A DNA stretch of 64,000 nt from an uncultured Verrucomicrobiae bacterium (GTDB lineage: Bacteria > Verrucomicrobiota > Verrucomicrobiia > Limisphaerales > Palsa-1400). Numbering within the stretch: the stretch's first letter is position 1; every line of letters starts with the position of its first letter. The notes beneath the pieces were generated by a model. That model did not search any database. It had not been told where the DNA came from and saw nothing but the letters and a program-made list of their open reading frames with translations. The stretch is taken from NCBI GenBank assembly GCA_963702845.1, contig OY969763.1:768001-832000 (forward strand), written 5' to 3'. The position numbers were made by a program, and so were the translations under genes. Below are positions 1 to 9,113 of this stretch, piece by piece.

Positions 1-1162
1 GAATATCGAGCAGATCGCGGACGATCGGATGCTCGTTGTCGCCGTAGGTGAAATTTCCACCGGCATTCGTTTTCTCAATTGCACCGATGACCTCAACAAT
101 CAGCACGCTATGATGCGCGACAATGGCGCGTCCGCTTTCGCTGACGATTTGCGGGTGAGCAACTTTTTCCTGGTTGCAGACTTCGCCGATGTAAAAAACC
201 ACGTCGTTTGCGTATTCCTGCAAAGTATAATTAACCGAGCTATCGAAATTCGAGCGGCTGCCGTCGTAGTCAACACCGAGGCCACCGCCCACATCGAGGA
301 TTTCGATCGCGAAACCCATCTTGTAAAACTTCGCGTAAAACCGGGCCGCCTCCTGGACAGCCTTTTTGATCGTGAGAATGTCGGGAACTTGCGAGCCGAT
401 GTGGAAATGCAGCAGCTTGAAGCAATGCTCGAGTTTTTCGGCGCGAAGCATTTCAACCGCAGCGAGCAACTCGGCGGTGTTCAAACCGAACTTCGCATTT
501 TCCCCGCCGCTCTCAGCCCATTTACCAGCGCCTTTGCTCATCAAACGCGCGCGAAAACCAACACAAGGTTCAACGCCAAATTGCTTCGAAACCGTGATAA
601 TCGTTTTAAGCTCCTCGAGCTTTTCAACGACGAGGATGACTTTTTTGCCCAGCTTGATACCCATCAGCGCCATGCGGATAAAGGTCGTGTCCTTGTATCC
701 ATTGCAGATGATGATGCTGTTGGATTGGTTTTGCAGCGCCAACCCGGCGAGCAGCTCGGGTTTGCTGCCGACTTCCAATCCGAAATTAAAGGGCTTGCCG
801 GCATCGAGGATTTCTTCAACCACCTCGCGCAATTGATTCACCTTAATCGGGAACACGCCGCGATATGTGTTTTGATAACCGAATTCGGCAATCGCGCTAT
901 TGAACGCTTCGTTAATCGCGTTGACGCGATTGCGTAAGATGTCCTGAAACCGAATCAGCAAAGGAAAACGCAGACCGCGCCCGCGAGCTTCTTCGATGAC
1001 ATCAGTGAGATCAACCGTCGCGCCAGCGTCGCTCAAAGGAGTGGCGACGACGTGGCCGGCTTCGTTGATATCGTAATATTTGGCGCCCCATCTTTGGATA
1101 TTATAGAGAGAGCGCGCGGCCTCGATTTCCGGCGAGGATTTGGGGACAGCAGGATGACTCAT
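1..1162 (-). CDS. speA: Biosynthetic arginine decarboxylase (3' part runs off the window)
   Basis: Manual translation from ATG at 1162: YNIQRWGAKYYDINEAGHV, FPLLIRFQDIL, PLP-lysine motif GVFPIKVNQ, GLEVGSKPEL, LLHFHIGSQ, LDVGGGLGVDYDGS, SESGRAIVAHHSVL. Confidence 0.95.
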   Translation of the reverse strand, partial: MSHPAVPKSSPEIEAARSLYNIQRWGAKYYDINEAGHVVATPLSDAGATVDLTDVIEEARGRGLRFPLLIRFQDILRNRVNAINEAFNSAIAEFGYQNTYRGVFPIKVNQLREVVEEILDAGKPFNFGLEVGSKPELLAGLALQNQSNSIIICNGYKDTTFIRMALMGIKLGKKVILVVEKLEELKTIITVSKQFGVEPCVGFRARLMSKGAGKWAESGGENAKFGLNTAELLAAVEMLRAEKLEHCFKLLHFHIGSQVPDILTIKKAVQEAARFYAKFYKMGFAIEILDVGGGLGVDYDGSRSNFDSSVNYTLQEYANDVVFYIGEVCNQEKVAHPQIVSESGRAIVAHHSVLIVEVIGAIEKTNAGGNFTYGDNEHPIVRDLLDI

Positions 1163-1468
1163 TTAATTTTCACGCGCAACCGAACCGAACTATAAGAACG
1201 CGCCGAAAAAATTCAACAAGCCTTTCAAACTTTTTGCGGTTCATCTTTCGTCCTACTGCCTTCAACCATCAGCCTTTCTTGCGAACCCACTTGCCATCGT
1301 GCGTCTCTCTGTTAAGTTCCCCGCGCCAGGGCCCATGGAATGTGGACTTACAAACCCCGCCAGGGCAGGAATGCAGCAACGGTAGTCTGCTCCGCATCCG
1401 CCGTGGTCACCCTGGCATTTTCTTTTCTTTTAAGTCGTGCAACCAATAGATCAAAATTAGGTCATCGC

Positions 1469-1903
1469 ATGAAACATCTGCTCTGCCTGAGCCTGTTTAT
1501 CGCCGCAGCCTTTAGCGCGCTCGCCGCCGATTTGGGTGACGACGCCAAATCTGTTGAAGGAACGTGGATCCCCGCCGAAGCCGTCCTTGGTGGCAAACCG
1601 ATGCCCGAGGCTGTGCGGAAAAGCATCACCCTCAAATTGCATTCCGGTAAGTACGAAGTCCTCGTCGGCACCAATCCCGACAACGGAACGTATAAAATCG
1701 ATTCCACCAGCAAACCCAAAGCCATGACCATCGTTGGAACCGAAGGCCCGAACCACGGCAAAACATTCCCCGCAATTTACGAAATCAACCGCGATACCCT
1801 CCGCATCTGCTACGACTTGTCAGGCGCGAAACGCCCTGCCGAATTCAAAAGCATCGCCGGCACTCGACTGTATCTCGTCACATACAAACGCAAAAAGGAC
1901 TAA
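1469..1903 (+). CDS. TIGR03067 domain secreted protein
   Basis: Signal peptide, then EGTW...GTYKIDSTSKPKAMTI...GKTFPAIYEINRDTLRICYDLSGAKRPAEFKS, typical of this PVC-superphylum family. Confidence 0.85.
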   Translation: MKHLLCLSLFIAAAFSALAADLGDDAKSVEGTWIPAEAVLGGKPMPEAVRKSITLKLHSGKYEVLVGTNPDNGTYKIDSTSKPKAMTIVGTEGPNHGKTFPAIYEINRDTLRICYDLSGAKRPAEFKSIAGTRLYLVTYKRKKD

Positions 1904-1922
1904 GCTCGTCTATCCAAGCTTT

Positions 1923-1946
1923 GTAGGAGACGAGGTAACGAGTCTC
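1923..1946. repeat. GTAG-type REP-like palindrome
   Basis: GTAGGAGACGAGGTAACGAGTCTC between convergent genes; GAGAC/GTCTC arms. Confidence 0.5.
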
Positions 1947-1957
1947 TAGAATCTTGT

Positions 1958-2386
1958 TTATCCTTCAGCTCTCCGCTTCCCGGCCGCAAGCATCGCACAA
2001 GCTTTCTCGATCCGACGCCTATGCGCCTCCGGTTCTTTCGCTGAATCCATCCAACCAATCAAGTCCCGGCGCTCGTTCGGCGTGAGATCGCTCCACTGAG
2101 CCTTTGCCTTCGGCGTAGCCTTGAGTGCGTTGTGCATATCCAGTGACACGATTGAAAAACAACAGGGCCGCCGCTTCCCATCCGCAAGCATCGAGCAAGC
2201 CCTCTCGATCCGGCGTTTACGTGTCTCCGCTTGTTTAGCTGCGTCAATCCAAGTGATAAAATCCCGGCGCGCAATCGGCGTGAGATTACTCCACGCAGCC
2301 TTTGCCGTCGCGGCACCCGCGAGCGCTTTACCGAAATCCATTGGCACACTGGCCTCTGATGCTTCTTCAGCCGGCTGGGGACTCAT
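1958..2386 (-). CDS. YdeI/OmpD-associated (OmdA) family protein with two tandem domains
   Basis: Two repeats of ALxAxxxAKAxWSxLTPxxRRDxIxWxDxAKxxExxxRRIExACxMLAxG. Confidence 0.85.
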   Translation of the reverse strand: MSPQPAEEASEASVPMDFGKALAGAATAKAAWSNLTPIARRDFITWIDAAKQAETRKRRIERACSMLADGKRRPCCFSIVSLDMHNALKATPKAKAQWSDLTPNERRDLIGWMDSAKEPEAHRRRIEKACAMLAAGKRRAEG

Positions 2387-2390
2387 TTTA

Positions 2391-2705
2391 TTACGCGGCG
2401 ACATTCGAAGCTCCATCCTTCAAAATCGCCATGCCAGTCTTGATCTTGTAACGGATGGATAAATACCAAGGAAAAGCCACAACCCAAAGCAGCAGAAACC
2501 CAAAAAACAGAACGACCGGCGGATATGAAATGCCAGACCGATAACGCTGGAGCTGAATCCTGGACGAATCAATCGCCGCCCAAACTGCCGTGCCGAGAAT
2601 CAAAAAATAAATCAGAAACACATTCGTGGCACCGACCCTGAGACCGACAAACGATGTGAGCAAGAACAGTGCAATCGTCAGCAAAATAGCGTCACGTGTT
2701 TTCAT
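2391..2705 (-). CDS. Small hypothetical membrane protein
   Basis: ATG at 2705; about three hydrophobic segments; LLWVVAFPWYL; ends NVAA-stop. Confidence 0.65.
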   Translation of the reverse strand: MKTRDAILLTIALFLLTSFVGLRVGATNVFLIYFLILGTAVWAAIDSSRIQLQRYRSGISYPPVVLFFGFLLLWVVAFPWYLSIRYKIKTGMAILKDGASNVAA

Positions 2706-2715
2706 AATTATCAGG

Positions 2716-3033
2716 TCAGGGCCCATGGTCGCGCCCGTGTTCCTCAGGCACTCTATGGCGAAAATATTCCAGCTCCACGACCGTACGCCGAGCCACTCCG
2801 AGCAAATATCGACGAAACCAAACTCCCCTCGTCGCCTGCCGAGCGGCCAACGGATCTCGCCGCACCTGTTCGACGCGAGGCTTGAGCTCCGAGGCGTCGA
2901 GTCCATGCCCAACCCAGTTCTCGCGATCGCGCTGCAGGAGCCAGTTGCCAACTCGCCGCTGCTGCTTGAAGTAAAGGTAGAAAGCGCCCAACGCCAGAAC
3001 CGTCAATTCGATTATCAAGGTCAACCAAGACAT
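2716..3033 (-). CDS. Hypothetical protein with N-terminal membrane anchor
   Basis: 105-aa ORF, N-terminal hydrophobic helix, co-oriented with neighbours. Confidence 0.45.
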   Translation of the reverse strand: MSWLTLIIELTVLALGAFYLYFKQQRRVGNWLLQRDRENWVGHGLDASELKPRVEQVRRDPLAARQATRGVWFRRYLLGVARRTVVELEYFRHRVPEEHGRDHGP

Positions 3034-3159
3034 ACTGGCTCATGACATTGACCTCGGTCACAGCCCCGACTCTGAGTCGGCGGACGTAGCGGAAGTCACT
3101 GACAACACAATATTGGTATTTTCATGCGCGTGCAATAATTCCTCACCTTGGGGCTGAGC

Positions 3160-3366
3160 TCATGCTGAACGATGGTACTCAGGGTGACACGTCCCACACC
3201 AGACGGCATCCTCAACACTGAGCGCGTTGTCGTTGAAACTCAAAACTCCGCCCGGAGAAGTAAACCCAGTCATGAACCGCTGCGCTTGAATGTGTTCTTC
3301 GCACACGGCACGTCCGCAGAACTGACAGACCGCTCGCGCCTCTTTTTCACACTTGATGCATTTCAT
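3160..3366 (-). CDS. Small Cys/His-rich zinc-finger protein (B-box-like)
   Basis: MKCIKC-x7-CQFCGRAVCEEH...WCGTCH. Confidence 0.7.
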   Translation of the reverse strand: MKCIKCEKEARAVCQFCGRAVCEEHIQAQRFMTGFTSPGGVLSFNDNALSVEDAVWCGTCHPEYHRSA

Positions 3367-3445
3367 ATTTGAGTAATGCCGCCGAACATTCGCGGTGACT
3401 GGCGCCGACCCAGTCGTGTTTTTGTTTTACTTTAGCCTTTAGCAT

Positions 3446-4006
3446 TTAGCCTTCAGGCCTTTCTTTTGTCGCCTGCTGTCTGGCAAATACTTCTTCAAGA
3501 CGCCCTCGTACCGTCCGCACGTGTAAGATAGGGTAGACATTGAACAGTAGTTGAATCACGACAAACAGTGTCGCAACCACTACCTGCCGTTGCAGGCCGA
3601 TGAATACGATGTAAGGCGTGAACAACACCAATGCCCAAAAATGAATGGCTTCAGCCGATTCAACTTTTCGATAGAGCGCCCCCAGATCTGTTTTCCTGCT
3701 TTCGAGGTAGACCGAAGAGTTGAGATGGCGCAGTGGAGTATTCCGCAGAACCTTGCCAAAGCCATAGACACCCAGCTGGCCATACGTTGGGCCAGACATC
3801 TCCCATGCGCGAATCGCTCTCAACGTCTTGGGTATCCGAAGCCTGACGAGTGGTTGAGCGATCTTGGCCAAACCCATGAAATAGAACATTAACAGCAACC
3901 CAAGCCATGGTGACGCAAGGCCGATGACTCTTTGAAGCATGAAGAAGGAAATGCCGAAGCCGATGACGGTTGCGACCAATGCGATGATGCTGCGGAGAGT
4001 CTGCAC
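3446..4006 (-). CDS. Membrane protein resembling the CrtO-like (glycosyl-4,4'-diaponeurosporenoate acyltransferase) family
   Basis: LGVYGFGK, ESAEAIHF and NVYPILHVRTVRGRL resemble the E-x-x-H and N-x-YP-x-x-x-x-R motifs of that family; several TM segments. Confidence 0.55.
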   Translation of the reverse strand: MQTLRSIIALVATVIGFGISFFMLQRVIGLASPWLGLLLMFYFMGLAKIAQPLVRLRIPKTLRAIRAWEMSGPTYGQLGVYGFGKVLRNTPLRHLNSSVYLESRKTDLGALYRKVESAEAIHFWALVLFTPYIVFIGLQRQVVVATLFVVIQLLFNVYPILHVRTVRGRLEEVFARQQATKERPEG

Positions 4007-4135
4007 GATGTCTATTCGCGACGCTTAATCGTCAGCCAATCCACCTCAGCTCGTGTAACTTCCCATTGCAGCGCCCCGACCCACGAGTCGTGTCGGTTGC
4101 AACCTGCACGCGAGCGCCTGCCGTTACATCCTCGT

Positions 4136-4924
4136 TTATACATCATTCACCGTAAGCGGCTTTGGAGTTTTACCATCGATGTCGGGGAAGCCATACTCTT
4201 GAGCTAACTGCGCTGCAACCAAAACTCTCCCTGTTCTCTCCATCACCCCGGCATCAGACGCCAGCGCCACAACCGCGCGCCCAATAAACTGTGGGGATTC
4301 CGAATTGCTCAAGTTCAACCATTCGGCTGCCTGCATAACTTTTTCTGTCCGCACCAACCCGGGATACAGTGATACCGCCGCCACATTGTGCTCCCGTAAT
4401 TCTCGTGCCATATCCGCTGTCATCTTGTCCGTCGCGGCTTTGGAAACTCCATAAGCGACATTTCCAATATATTTCTGCGCGGCCCAGAACGAAATATTGA
4501 CGATCAGCCCTCTTCTCTGGGCGACCATCACTTGCGCCGCCATTTGACTGGCCGCGTAATGAGCACGCACACCGGCCTGAAACATCGCGTCCCATCGCCA
4601 GAGCGGCTGCTGCCAAAAAGGGCGAGACCACGTAAACTGCCCATCCTCCAACATGTTCTCATAGCCGCCCCAGACGTTATTGACCAGGATGTCCAACCGT
4701 CCTTGCTCATCCGCAATCCGGCGAAATGCGGCCCCGACTTGCCCATCATTGCGATGGTCGCATTCAATCGCCGTGCCTTTGCCGGAGATATACCGCATAT
4801 CTTCGACCGATCGACCGGTGATATAAACCGTTGCGCCCGCCTCAATCAGTTCAAGAGCAATTCCTTTTCCGACCCCGCGGCTAGCTCCGGTCACAAGAGC
4901 AACTTTTCCGTTCAGCTTTAGCAT
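4136..4924 (-). CDS. SDR family NAD(P)-dependent oxidoreductase
   Basis: TGASRGVG, LDILVNN, YGVSK (YxxxK), PGLVRTE. Confidence 0.92.
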   Translation of the reverse strand: MLKLNGKVALVTGASRGVGKGIALELIEAGATVYITGRSVEDMRYISGKGTAIECDHRNDGQVGAAFRRIADEQGRLDILVNNVWGGYENMLEDGQFTWSRPFWQQPLWRWDAMFQAGVRAHYAASQMAAQVMVAQRRGLIVNISFWAAQKYIGNVAYGVSKAATDKMTADMARELREHNVAAVSLYPGLVRTEKVMQAAEWLNLSNSESPQFIGRAVVALASDAGVMERTGRVLVAAQLAQEYGFPDIDGKTPKPLTVNDV

Positions 4925-4989
4925 AAAAATATTCTCTCTAAACTTACGCGCGCACAGCAGCAGCAAGCCAATCCTGTTTTTGATTTATT

Positions 4990-5778
4990 TCAGCATGGTT
5001 CGGACACGTTTGCTTTGCGCTGCTGACAGTGCGTCGTCAGATAAGTTGCCGTGGAGGAAATATAAAGGTCAGGGCGACTGTGCCACTCGTGTTTGATGCC
5101 ACGCATAAGCAACGCACAATCCACCTCAACTGATCCTGGTGGAAACCGCTGGCGGTCGTCGAAAAAGCAAGATTGCGCTTCCTCAATGGCGAGCGGCGAG
5201 ACGGTCCAATTGAGCGAGTGCAACTCCATACCGTGATAATGCCCCGGAGTCTCGGTAGCCGAGTAACCGGTAGCTCCGAGCGAAAAGAACCCGGCGGCGG
5301 CCTCTAGCGAGGGAAAGATACTTGTCGGCGGCAACTGGCCGGCGAGGCAGCCGGCGAAGGCGATCTCTGTGCCTCCATCCGCCCGCACGATGCGGAGCGA
5401 GACACGGGAATGCGATTCGTCTGACTCGAAGCGGCTACGCTGAAAGATGCCGGGGAAGAAGCGTCCACCGAGCGTCTTGTTGAACCACGAATTCGTGTCA
5501 CGACGGGGAATGATGACCCCCTCTCGCTGCACGCCATCCTGCTCCCACTGGACGGCAATACGATGGGCAGCATTCTCTGAACTGAGGCCGACCCATGCTG
5601 GGACGAGGTGAGGTCTCAATTGCTTGAAACGAATCATGCAAACACCACCCACGCCGTAACCATCATACAACTTCGGTTTGAATGCTGGGGGAAGAACCCG
5701 ACGAAGCGCCTCGGGGTCGATGCGGTAGTTCAGCAAAACCCGCCTGTCGATAATACCGTGGATAGTGTCGAGAAACAT
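4990..5778 (-). CDS. DUF2071-like protein
   Basis: RRVLLNYRIDPEALRRVLPPAFKP, GGVCMIRFKQLRP, SENAAHRIAVQW, GGRFFPG. Confidence 0.75.
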   Translation of the reverse strand: MFLDTIHGIIDRRVLLNYRIDPEALRRVLPPAFKPKLYDGYGVGGVCMIRFKQLRPHLVPAWVGLSSENAAHRIAVQWEQDGVQREGVIIPRRDTNSWFNKTLGGRFFPGIFQRSRFESDESHSRVSLRIVRADGGTEIAFAGCLAGQLPPTSIFPSLEAAAGFFSLGATGYSATETPGHYHGMELHSLNWTVSPLAIEEAQSCFFDDRQRFPPGSVEVDCALLMRGIKHEWHSRPDLYISSTATYLTTHCQQRKANVSEPC

Positions 5779-5849
5779 AAATGCAGGGCGACGCGCCCGA
5801 ACACCAAGCTCAGCGGCGGCCCGCCACTCGTGTTCTTGTTTTATTTTAG

Positions 5850-6092
5850 TTACTCATCTTCACCTTTAAACAAAAACTCCGCGACGCAGCGGCTCTGGCG
5901 GATGAGACATATGCCCAGCCCCACCAAAACCAAGGATGATATGGGATAAAACCAGTAGTCACCTGATGCGCCCATTCCTCTGGATCGCGCCATTGTGAAT
6001 AAACCTGAGATAATGGCTGGGATGCCGTGAATAACGACTGAAAGTCCCAGAATTTTGATCAACACATTGGCTAGCTGTTTTGTTTTCATCAT
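5850..6092 (-). CDS. Small two-TM hypothetical protein
   Basis: 80 aa with two hydrophobic segments. Confidence 0.65.
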   Translation of the reverse strand: MMKTKQLANVLIKILGLSVVIHGIPAIISGLFTMARSRGMGASGDYWFYPISSLVLVGLGICLIRQSRCVAEFLFKGEDE

Positions 6093-6129
6093 TAGTGCGA
6101 TTGGCTAGGCCACATCGTCATGGTTTTTC

Positions 6130-6543
6130 TCACTTCGCGTCGAACGTAAAAGCATAGTCTTGGGCTGACTCGCGAACACCAGCGGCTTTCGCGAGACGCT
6201 CAATCGCCTCCTCTAGAGTCACGTTCTTGAGAGCGAGCGTGATCTTCGAATTAGCCGCACCTGTGACTGGCCCGGTGATCACAAAATTGATTCCTTTGCT
6301 CTCAGGATCATTTTGCTTTGCGGCGGTCGATAGTCGCTGAAGCGCTTCTGCAAACGTAACGCCATCCAGATTGAACTCTGGCAGCACGATGCTCTTGGCC
6401 TTCGTGACAATCGCACGCTCCGATGTCTGTGCATTGGCTGCTTGTGACCGTGGCGGTATGGCGGAACTGCTCGGTGACTTCTTATCGCAGCCCGCTATCA
6501 AAACAGTGGCTGCCATAATTCCAGTGATAATTGGGTTTTTCAT
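6130..6543 (-). CDS. Lipoprotein with STN-like (secretin N-terminal-like) domain
   Basis: Lipobox LIAGC; IVLPEFNLDGVTFAEALQRL...GINFV...ITLALKNVTLEEAI. Confidence 0.7.
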   Translation of the reverse strand: MKNPIITGIMAATVLIAGCDKKSPSSSAIPPRSQAANAQTSERAIVTKAKSIVLPEFNLDGVTFAEALQRLSTAAKQNDPESKGINFVITGPVTGAANSKITLALKNVTLEEAIERLAKAAGVRESAQDYAFTFDAK

Positions 6544-6598
6544 AAAACGAAGTGTGGCCTAACGATAGGAAGCTGAGCCAGGCAACAAATATCTCATC

Positions 6599-6937
6599 TC
6601 AGTAATCAGGCTCAAACTGAATCTGGAGAGCTGGTAAAAGCGAGAAACCGCCCCGCTGCAACCTCTCTTTCGTGTCTTTCATAACCTGCTGAAACTCGGT
6701 GTCACCTAGCTCTAACTCGCCGATGCCCTCAACACCGAATACGCCAAGCTCACGTCCGACCAACAGCAAATAATACTCTCCGCCTTCCATCGAAAAATTG
6801 CCCCAGTAATGTTGGAGACCAACGCGCTTGGCGGCTTGTATGAGAGGATGTGTGCGCGCCTCCAACTGCTCAAGCTCGGACTCATCTGTCACGTGATAAC
6901 GCTCCCCGTAATAAACGACACATGAATCAGCGCCCAT
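6599..6937 (-). CDS. Hypothetical protein
   Basis: 112-aa ORF with ATG start, part of the co-oriented array. Confidence 0.6.
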   Translation of the reverse strand: MGADSCVVYYGERYHVTDESELEQLEARTHPLIQAAKRVGLQHYWGNFSMEGGEYYLLLVGRELGVFGVEGIGELELGDTEFQQVMKDTKERLQRGGFSLLPALQIQFEPDY

Positions 6938-7256
6938 AAAAGTATGTCATTCGAAGTCGCGTAAGCTCATTCGCAGCAAGCCTCTGACTCGAGGATTGGT
7001 TGCGACTTATTTCATCCTTCTGCGTTATCTGAACTACGCTAATCCTGAGCCATGGCCAATCAAGCGCAAATCCCGACCATCCCAGGCTCGTCGGACCAAT
7101 CCGCCACTTCCTGCAAAATACTTCGCGCTCTTGGCGTCCTTAGCGAGACCCTCTCCCACTTGGGGTCTTGGTGGTTTAATTACACTTTTGGTGATCACCT
7201 TGTAAGCGCAATTTTTTCCTTCAGCCTTCAGCCGTCAGCCTTTAGCCTTAACGTAG

Positions 7257-9074
7257 ATGTCTTATCAGGTCATAGCTCGAAAATATCGCCCGCAACGGTT
7301 TGAAGATGTCGTTGGCCAGGAGCACGTCAGCCAGACGCTCGCCAACGCCATCAAACAAAACCGTATCGCCCACGCGTACCTGTTCGTCGGCCCGCGCGGC
7401 ACTGGCAAGACAACCATTGCCCGTATTTTCGCCAAATGCCTCAACGCCACCAACGGCCCGCGCGTCGACTTTCCTGAAGACGATCCGAAAGCCAAAGAAA
7501 TCGCCGAAGGCCGCTCCCTCGACGTCCTCGAAATCGACGGCGCCAGCAACCGCGGCATTGACGAAATCCGCGATCTCCGCGAGACCGTGAAATACGCTCC
7601 GGCCTCTTCAAAGTTCAAAATTTACATTATCGACGAAGTCCACATGCTGACCAAAGAAGCGTTCAACGCGCTTCTCAAAACGCTCGAAGAACCGCCTGCG
7701 CATGTGAAGTTCATGTTCGCAACCACCGAGCCCGACAAAGTGCTCCCGACCATCCTGTCGCGTTGCCAACGTTTCGACCTGCGCCGTATTCCCAGCGCTT
7801 TGATCGTCAAACATCTCGGTGAAATTTCGAAAAAAGAAGGCGTCAAGATCGACGAACCCGCCTTGCTCGCGATCGCGCGCGGAGCCGACGGTGGCATGCG
7901 CGATGCCGAATCGACCTTGGATCAGCTTATCAGTTTTTGCGGTAATGAAATTGCCGAAGCCGATGTCCTCTCGATGTTCGGCCTCGCCGCCCAAAGCCAG
8001 ATCATCGCCCTCACCGACGCCATTCTCGCCGGCGATGCGGAAGACGCGTTGCGCCAGCTCAACGACCTGGCGCAACAGGGCAAAGACCTTGGTCGTCTCA
8101 TCACCGAGTTGCTTGGCCACTTTCGCAATTTGCTCATCTTCCAGGTCTCCAAGGGCGACATGCGTTTAGTCGAAGCCTCTGAATCGCAAGGCGCTTCTCT
8201 AAAACAACAATCGTCTGTCCTGACAGCAGACGCGCTCACCCGCATGCTCGACATTTTGACTGACTGCGAAGGCTCCTTGCGCGACACCACGTCGAAAAAG
8301 ATCCTCGTGGAAATCAGCGTGCTCAAAATGATCGAAGCCCGTAGCGCCGTCAGCCTCGACACCGTTTTGAAGCAAGTCCAGCAACTGCGCTCCGAAGGCG
8401 GCGGCGGAACATCAGGCGGAGGAGGCGCTCCGATTCGTTCGACCGCAACCGAACCTGTCCGTAAACCTGCTGCGCCCGCTCCAGCTAAAACGAGTGCGAT
8501 GACCGAAACGGCAACAGCCGCCGCTCCCGCTCCAGTCGCCACCGCTCCGACAGCTCCAGTAATTCCGGTTGCTGCTCCAGCGGGCCAGGACTTGGAAGGC
8601 CTTTGGGCTGCGCTTCTGATTCGAGTCACTGGGTTTGCCCGTGCTTATTTTGTCGAAGCGCATCCGGTTTCATTTAACGGAAAAGTTTTTGCAATCGGGT
8701 TCGGTGCCGAACATGTCGACAACATTTCCTTGGTCGATAACCCCAAGAATCAGGCTATGCTCCAAACCAAACTCGCCGAGCTCGGTCACCCGAACGTGCA
8801 AGTGAAGTTCGTCAAAGCCGAACCGCCGGCCAACCGACAACGTGTCGAGGCACCGGTAGAACCGGAACCCACGTCGGCTCCGGCTGCACCAGCGACGCCC
8901 GCCGCCGCGCCCGGGAAACCTGCAACCGTCGCTACCGCCAGAGCAGCCGCTCCAGCCGCTCCCGCTCCCGCTGCTGCGCCGAAAATGACGAAGGACGATT
9001 TCAAGAACGACCCGCTCATACAAAAGGCCCTTGAGATCTTCAAGGGCCAGATAGTTGACGTTCGACAGACCTAA
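7257..9074 (+). CDS. dnaX: DNA polymerase III subunit gamma/tau
   Basis: ARKYRPQRF, GPRGTGKT, EIDGASNRGIDEIR, IIDEVHML, TILSRCQRF; Pro/Ala-rich linker. Confidence 0.97.
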   Translation: MSYQVIARKYRPQRFEDVVGQEHVSQTLANAIKQNRIAHAYLFVGPRGTGKTTIARIFAKCLNATNGPRVDFPEDDPKAKEIAEGRSLDVLEIDGASNRGIDEIRDLRETVKYAPASSKFKIYIIDEVHMLTKEAFNALLKTLEEPPAHVKFMFATTEPDKVLPTILSRCQRFDLRRIPSALIVKHLGEISKKEGVKIDEPALLAIARGADGGMRDAESTLDQLISFCGNEIAEADVLSMFGLAAQSQIIALTDAILAGDAEDALRQLNDLAQQGKDLGRLITELLGHFRNLLIFQVSKGDMRLVEASESQGASLKQQSSVLTADALTRMLDILTDCEGSLRDTTSKKILVEISVLKMIEARSAVSLDTVLKQVQQLRSEGGGGTSGGGGAPIRSTATEPVRKPAAPAPAKTSAMTETATAAAPAPVATAPTAPVIPVAAPAGQDLEGLWAALLIRVTGFARAYFVEAHPVSFNGKVFAIGFGAEHVDNISLVDNPKNQAMLQTKLAELGHPNVQVKFVKAEPPANRQRVEAPVEPEPTSAPAAPATPAAAPGKPATVATARAAAPAAPAPAAAPKMTKDDFKNDPLIQKALEIFKGQIVDVRQT

Positions 9075-9075
9075 G

Positions 9076-9100
9076 GTAGGGTCGCCGCGTTGCGGCGACC
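9076..9100. repeat. GTAG-type REP-like hairpin between convergent genes
   Basis: GTAG-GGTCGCCGC-GTT-GCGGCGACC. Confidence 0.6.
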
Positions 9101-9113
9101 ATCCCCGGTCAAA

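Larger units (their letters stand above)
1958..6937 (-). mobile_element. Degenerate integron-cassette-like array with attC remnants, no integrase
   Basis: Ten short co-oriented unrelated genes; GTTRRRY-like cores 14-17 bp before starts (3381, 5796, 6557); 22-bp junction motif at 3414, 4972, 5828. Confidence 0.5.

Noticed and set aside
29..937. 302-aa plus-strand ORF
   Set aside because: Antisense shadow of speA, which is missing from the ORF track because it runs off the window edge.
7828..7840. AAAAAAG run in dnaX as a gamma-producing frameshift site
   Set aside because: It lies inside the AAA+ core, far upstream of where a gamma/tau shift would occur, and is in the wrong phase.
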